This document shows, piece by piece, positions 59,021 to 64,000 of a DNA stretch of 64,000 nt (its first letter is position 1; every line of letters begins with the position of its first letter). The notes below the pieces were generated by a model. The model was not told the DNA's origin. It did no database searches and saw nothing but the letters and a program-made list of their open reading frames with translations. Location: positions 352,001 to 416,000 of the forward strand of contig JBEKSS010000001.1 in the NCBI GenBank assembly GCA_049516875.1, in the 5' to 3' direction. Origin of the DNA: Candidatus Bathyarchaeia archaeon. Lineage in GTDB: Archaea > Thermoproteota > Bathyarchaeia > Bathyarchaeales > Bathycorpusculaceae. A program made the translations under genes and the position numbers.

Positions 59021-60322
59021 TTATTGGATTCCTAGTTTATCCCTGTATGCTTCTAGGTCTAGCCAACCGTGTCCGCTGATGTTCACGCATATTGTTTTCT
59101 CCACGCCTGCCTTTTCAGCCTTGAGCGCTTCGTCAATTCCTGCCCTCACAGCGTAGCTAGACTCCGGTGCAGGCAACCACCCTTCAGTCTGAAGGAACAC
59201 CCTTGCAGCCTCAAAAATCGATTTCTCATCAACCGGATAGCTAACTGCCTTAACAATGTTGTGCTTTCTCAGCAGGCTAATAATTGGCCCGGCTGCGTGG
59301 TACCGCAAACCGTCAGCCCTGATGGGCATCATTTCAGACTTGTGACCTAGAGTGTACATCTTCAGGAGAGGAGTGTGTTCACCCACGTCGCCGAAGTCAT
59401 ACTTGTACTCTCCCTTCACAAGGTTCGGCGCAGCCGCCGACTGTGCTGCCAAGAACTCACATTTTCGCTTGCCCTTCAAGACCTCGCCTATGAAGGGAAG
59501 AGCGATTCCGCCGAAATTGGAACCTCCTCCCAAACAGCCGACCATCAAGTCAGGCTTCTCATCAACCATGTCAAACTGCTTAATCGTTTCAAGCCCAATC
59601 ACCGACTGTTGCGTCATAACATGGTTCAAAACTGAACCCAAACAGTAGACGCTGTTCTCATGCGCCTCCGTGTACTCCAACCCTTCAGAAATCGCGATAC
59701 CCAATGAGCCTGGACTCTTCGGATTCTTGGAGAGTATTTCTCTGCCCATCTGGGTCTCCTTGCTGGGTGAGGCAAAAACCTTCGCGCCAAAAAGCTTCAT
59801 CAAAGTTTTCCTGTCGGTCTTCCAGTCATAGACGGATCTAACCCAGAAAACCACGCACTCAAGGTCCAGAAGCTTGGCAGCGTAAGCGAGCGCCGTTCCC
59901 CACTGGCCAGCACCCGTTTCAGTGCTCAACGTCGTCTTGCCCTCTTTCATCGCGTAGTAAGCCTGCGCAATCGCCGTGTTAGTCTTGTGCGAACCCGTCG
60001 GAGATAAGTCCTCACGCTTGTAGAACAGCTTAACCTTCTTCAACCCTAGACTTTTCTCCAACCGTTTTGCACGGTAAAGCGGTCTCGGCCGGCCCATGTG
60101 AATGTACAGTTCACGAATGTCTTCAGGAATCGAAATCCAACTCTGACTTGACATCTCCTGCCCGAGACACTCTTTAATCATGGTCCTGCCCAGGTACTCC
60201 ATCCGCGAAGGACCCGTTTCAGGCTCCTTCGGAGGGGGAAGCGGCTCGGGCAAGTCGGGCATAATATTGTACCATTTAGTAGGAAACTCGTCTATCGGCA
60301 GAGCAATCTGATCAGGTTTCAT
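59021..60322 (-). CDS. trpB2: TrpB2-type tryptophan synthase beta chain
   Basis: SPTGSHK.NTA, TETGAGQWG, GGGSNF, GLRYH. Confidence 0.92.
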   Translation of the reverse strand: MKPDQIALPIDEFPTKWYNIMPDLPEPLPPPKEPETGPSRMEYLGRTMIKECLGQEMSSQSWISIPEDIRELYIHMGRPRPLYRAKRLEKSLGLKKVKLFYKREDLSPTGSHKTNTAIAQAYYAMKEGKTTLSTETGAGQWGTALAYAAKLLDLECVVFWVRSVYDWKTDRKTLMKLFGAKVFASPSKETQMGREILSKNPKSPGSLGIAISEGLEYTEAHENSVYCLGSVLNHVMTQQSVIGLETIKQFDMVDEKPDLMVGCLGGGSNFGGIALPFIGEVLKGKRKCEFLAAQSAAAPNLVKGEYKYDFGDVGEHTPLLKMYTLGHKSEMMPIRADGLRYHAAGPIISLLRKHNIVKAVSYPVDEKSIFEAARVFLQTEGWLPAPESSYAVRAGIDEALKAEKAGVEKTICVNISGHGWLDLEAYRDKLGIQ

Positions 60323-60393
60323 AACCGTTCACCGTTTTGGGAAGCCTATAGTATAAAGAGTGGCGAATTAAAGATTTCTGCTGGCCGCTGAGA

Positions 60394-61428
60394 CTATCTG
60401 AACCATTTCTCCAGCGTCGTCTTCCCCTTTTCTTTTGTAATACCCTTTTGCATTTTTTCTAAAGCTTTTCGAACTCGGTCTTCCGAAAAATCTCTTCCTC
60501 TGCAAATGAAATCTACCACGCCCTCCACGTCGGGCTCTCGCCACTCCAGCCTGTAGCTGTCCGTCACCTTCGGACGCAGAAAAATCTCTCTGATTCTTTG
60601 AGGTTCAACCGGAAACTCTGCGTTTTCCACATGAACAACGGCTTTCTCCAAGGTTTCATATTCTTTAATCAATTTCAAGGCAGTTTTCGGCCCTAAACCC
60701 TTGATCCCGTCAGGGTTGAAGTCAGTTCCAATCAGTATGCCGACGTCAACCAGCTGCTCATAGGTTATCCCGCACTCGTTCAGAACCTGCTGCAGCTCAA
60801 CCACTTCAGGCACGACGTCAATATAGATGTTCTTGCTCGGCAACTTTCTTCTACCCGAAATGGTGATGTTCCTCACAAACCTGGGAGCACCGAACAGCAG
60901 GCTGTCATAGTCTTGGCTTGCGCAGTAGTCAGTGTCTCCACGCTTGGCCAGATGCGCAGCCTGAGCTTCTCCTTCACTTGGCGCCTGAATCCACGGGACC
61001 CCCATCAAACCCAGAAGCCGCTTGCTGTCTTCCGTCATGTAATCCTTCAAGTGCGACGTGGCCTGTGCGTACATCCTTGCCTCCTCAGGCTTCCCCGCCC
61101 TCAACGCCTGCTCATACCTAACAGCAGCCTCCTCCTTCACCCTCATCCGCCGCTTAATCTCCACCTCCTTAAGAGCTGGCGGCGCCCCGTCAAAAACGTA
61201 AACAGGTTTTATCCCCAGCTCCACCAAGTTGCTGGTCCGATAAAGCAATCCGCTCAAGTGGCTCGTCACCCTTCCGCTGCTGTCCTTCAACGGCGTGCCG
61301 TCAGGCTGGCGAATAATGGCCAAAAACTGGTAAAGAGCGTTGTAAGCGTCTATGGCGATGGATTTGCCGCCTAAATCCTCAAGCTTGACAACCGTTTTGG
61401 GAACGAGGTCACGAAGGTTTACTCCCAA
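60394..61428 (-). CDS. fen: Flap endonuclease 1
   Basis: IDAYNALYQFL, APSEGEAQ, SQDYD, GTDFN, C-terminal PIP-like TLEKWF. Confidence 0.96.
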   Translation of the reverse strand: MGVNLRDLVPKTVVKLEDLGGKSIAIDAYNALYQFLAIIRQPDGTPLKDSSGRVTSHLSGLLYRTSNLVELGIKPVYVFDGAPPALKEVEIKRRMRVKEEAAVRYEQALRAGKPEEARMYAQATSHLKDYMTEDSKRLLGLMGVPWIQAPSEGEAQAAHLAKRGDTDYCASQDYDSLLFGAPRFVRNITISGRRKLPSKNIYIDVVPEVVELQQVLNECGITYEQLVDVGILIGTDFNPDGIKGLGPKTALKLIKEYETLEKAVVHVENAEFPVEPQRIREIFLRPKVTDSYRLEWREPDVEGVVDFICRGRDFSEDRVRKALEKMQKGITKEKGKTTLEKWFR

Positions 61429-61542
61429 AAACATCCCTTTTCAATATTGGCGGAGAACTGAAATAATAAAGTTGCGAAAGCTGAATCACAGAGGATATAA
61501 GCTAGTCTTACAATTACAGAACCGTCACCGAGGACGTTCATC

Positions 61543-61731
61543 ATGACTGAAAGAGCAGCAACGTTAACGTTGGTCACGTGTACAAGCTGCGGCAAACCCA
61601 TCCCGCCGGGTGGGGAAGCAACCAAGTTCATGTGCCCAAACTGCGGAGAAATCCAGATAAAACGCTGCAGAAAATGCCGCAAATTCGGCCGCCCCTACAA
61701 GTGTCCGAAGTGCGGTTTCATCGGTCCATAA
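61543..61731 (+). CDS. DUF1610 Zn-ribbon protein
   Basis: CTSCG...[25 protein letters not shown], upstream of EF-1beta. Confidence 0.9.
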   Translation: MTERAATLTLVTCTSCGKPIPPGGEATKFMCPNCGEIQIKRCRKCRKFGRPYKCPKCGFIGP

Positions 61732-61755
61732 AACGAAATGGAGAACGTGTTGAAA

Positions 61756-62031
61756 ATGGGTTCTGTGATAGTCACGTACAAGGTTTTTCCAATCGACATA
61801 ATAAACGATTTTGGTCCCATGAAAAAGAAGCTTGAAGCAAGCTTGCCCGCTTCCGCGTCCGTCGACGGGTACGGGGAAGAACCTGTGGCATATGGCCTGA
61901 AGGCCTTGCTGGTTCAAGTCAAGTTTCCAGAAGACCAGACAGGCCTGGTTGACGAATTCGAGAAGAAGCTGGAGACGATGGAAGGAGTAAGCCAAGCGCA
62001 AACGCTTATGGTGCGCAGAACAAGCAGATAG
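61756..62031 (+). CDS. ef1b: Elongation factor 1-beta
   Basis: YKVFP...EEPVAYGLKAL...EGVSQ. Confidence 0.9.
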   Translation: MGSVIVTYKVFPIDIINDFGPMKKKLEASLPASASVDGYGEEPVAYGLKALLVQVKFPEDQTGLVDEFEKKLETMEGVSQAQTLMVRRTSR

Positions 62032-62110
62032 CTACTAACCTTTGGTTAACACATTTATATAGGAACACGCTTTTGTTTCGAAACGTAAAATCGTTATGGA
62101 AGGATTCTAG

Positions 62111-64000
<1,890 letters not shown>

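Overview
Archaeal chromosomal DNA of TACK type, most consistent with Bathyarchaeia (inferred from S26e, TBP, Alba, EF-1beta, FEN1, Cdc48, arcadin-1, PolB2-iRadA operon). Housekeeping genes alternate with small accessory genes and many gene fragments. I found no rRNA, tRNA or CRISPR array. Strongest observations: (1) the pcm gene is interrupted by a 32-nt insert that folds into a bulge-helix-bulge, i.e. a candidate archaeal mRNA intron; (2) runs of (GC)n of 8 nt or more sit almost only at gene-fragment breakpoints and module junctions; (3) a solo-Cas1 remnant is followed by single genes separated by a GGGGTAAAG-TTTTATCC-CAAC hairpin repeat, resembling a gene-cassette array; (4) a 7.1-kb transposase-less element with a 9-10 bp target duplication splits an ABC ATPase gene and carries a HydABC/Bfu-like module plus glutamate synthase; (5) a decayed cas1-cas2-cas4 module has a toxin-antitoxin pair inside it; (6) there is a duplicated unannotated 30-aa basic micro-ORF and a 38-bp inverted repeat around a CBS cluster. 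All product calls come from motif recognition by eye, without database searches.
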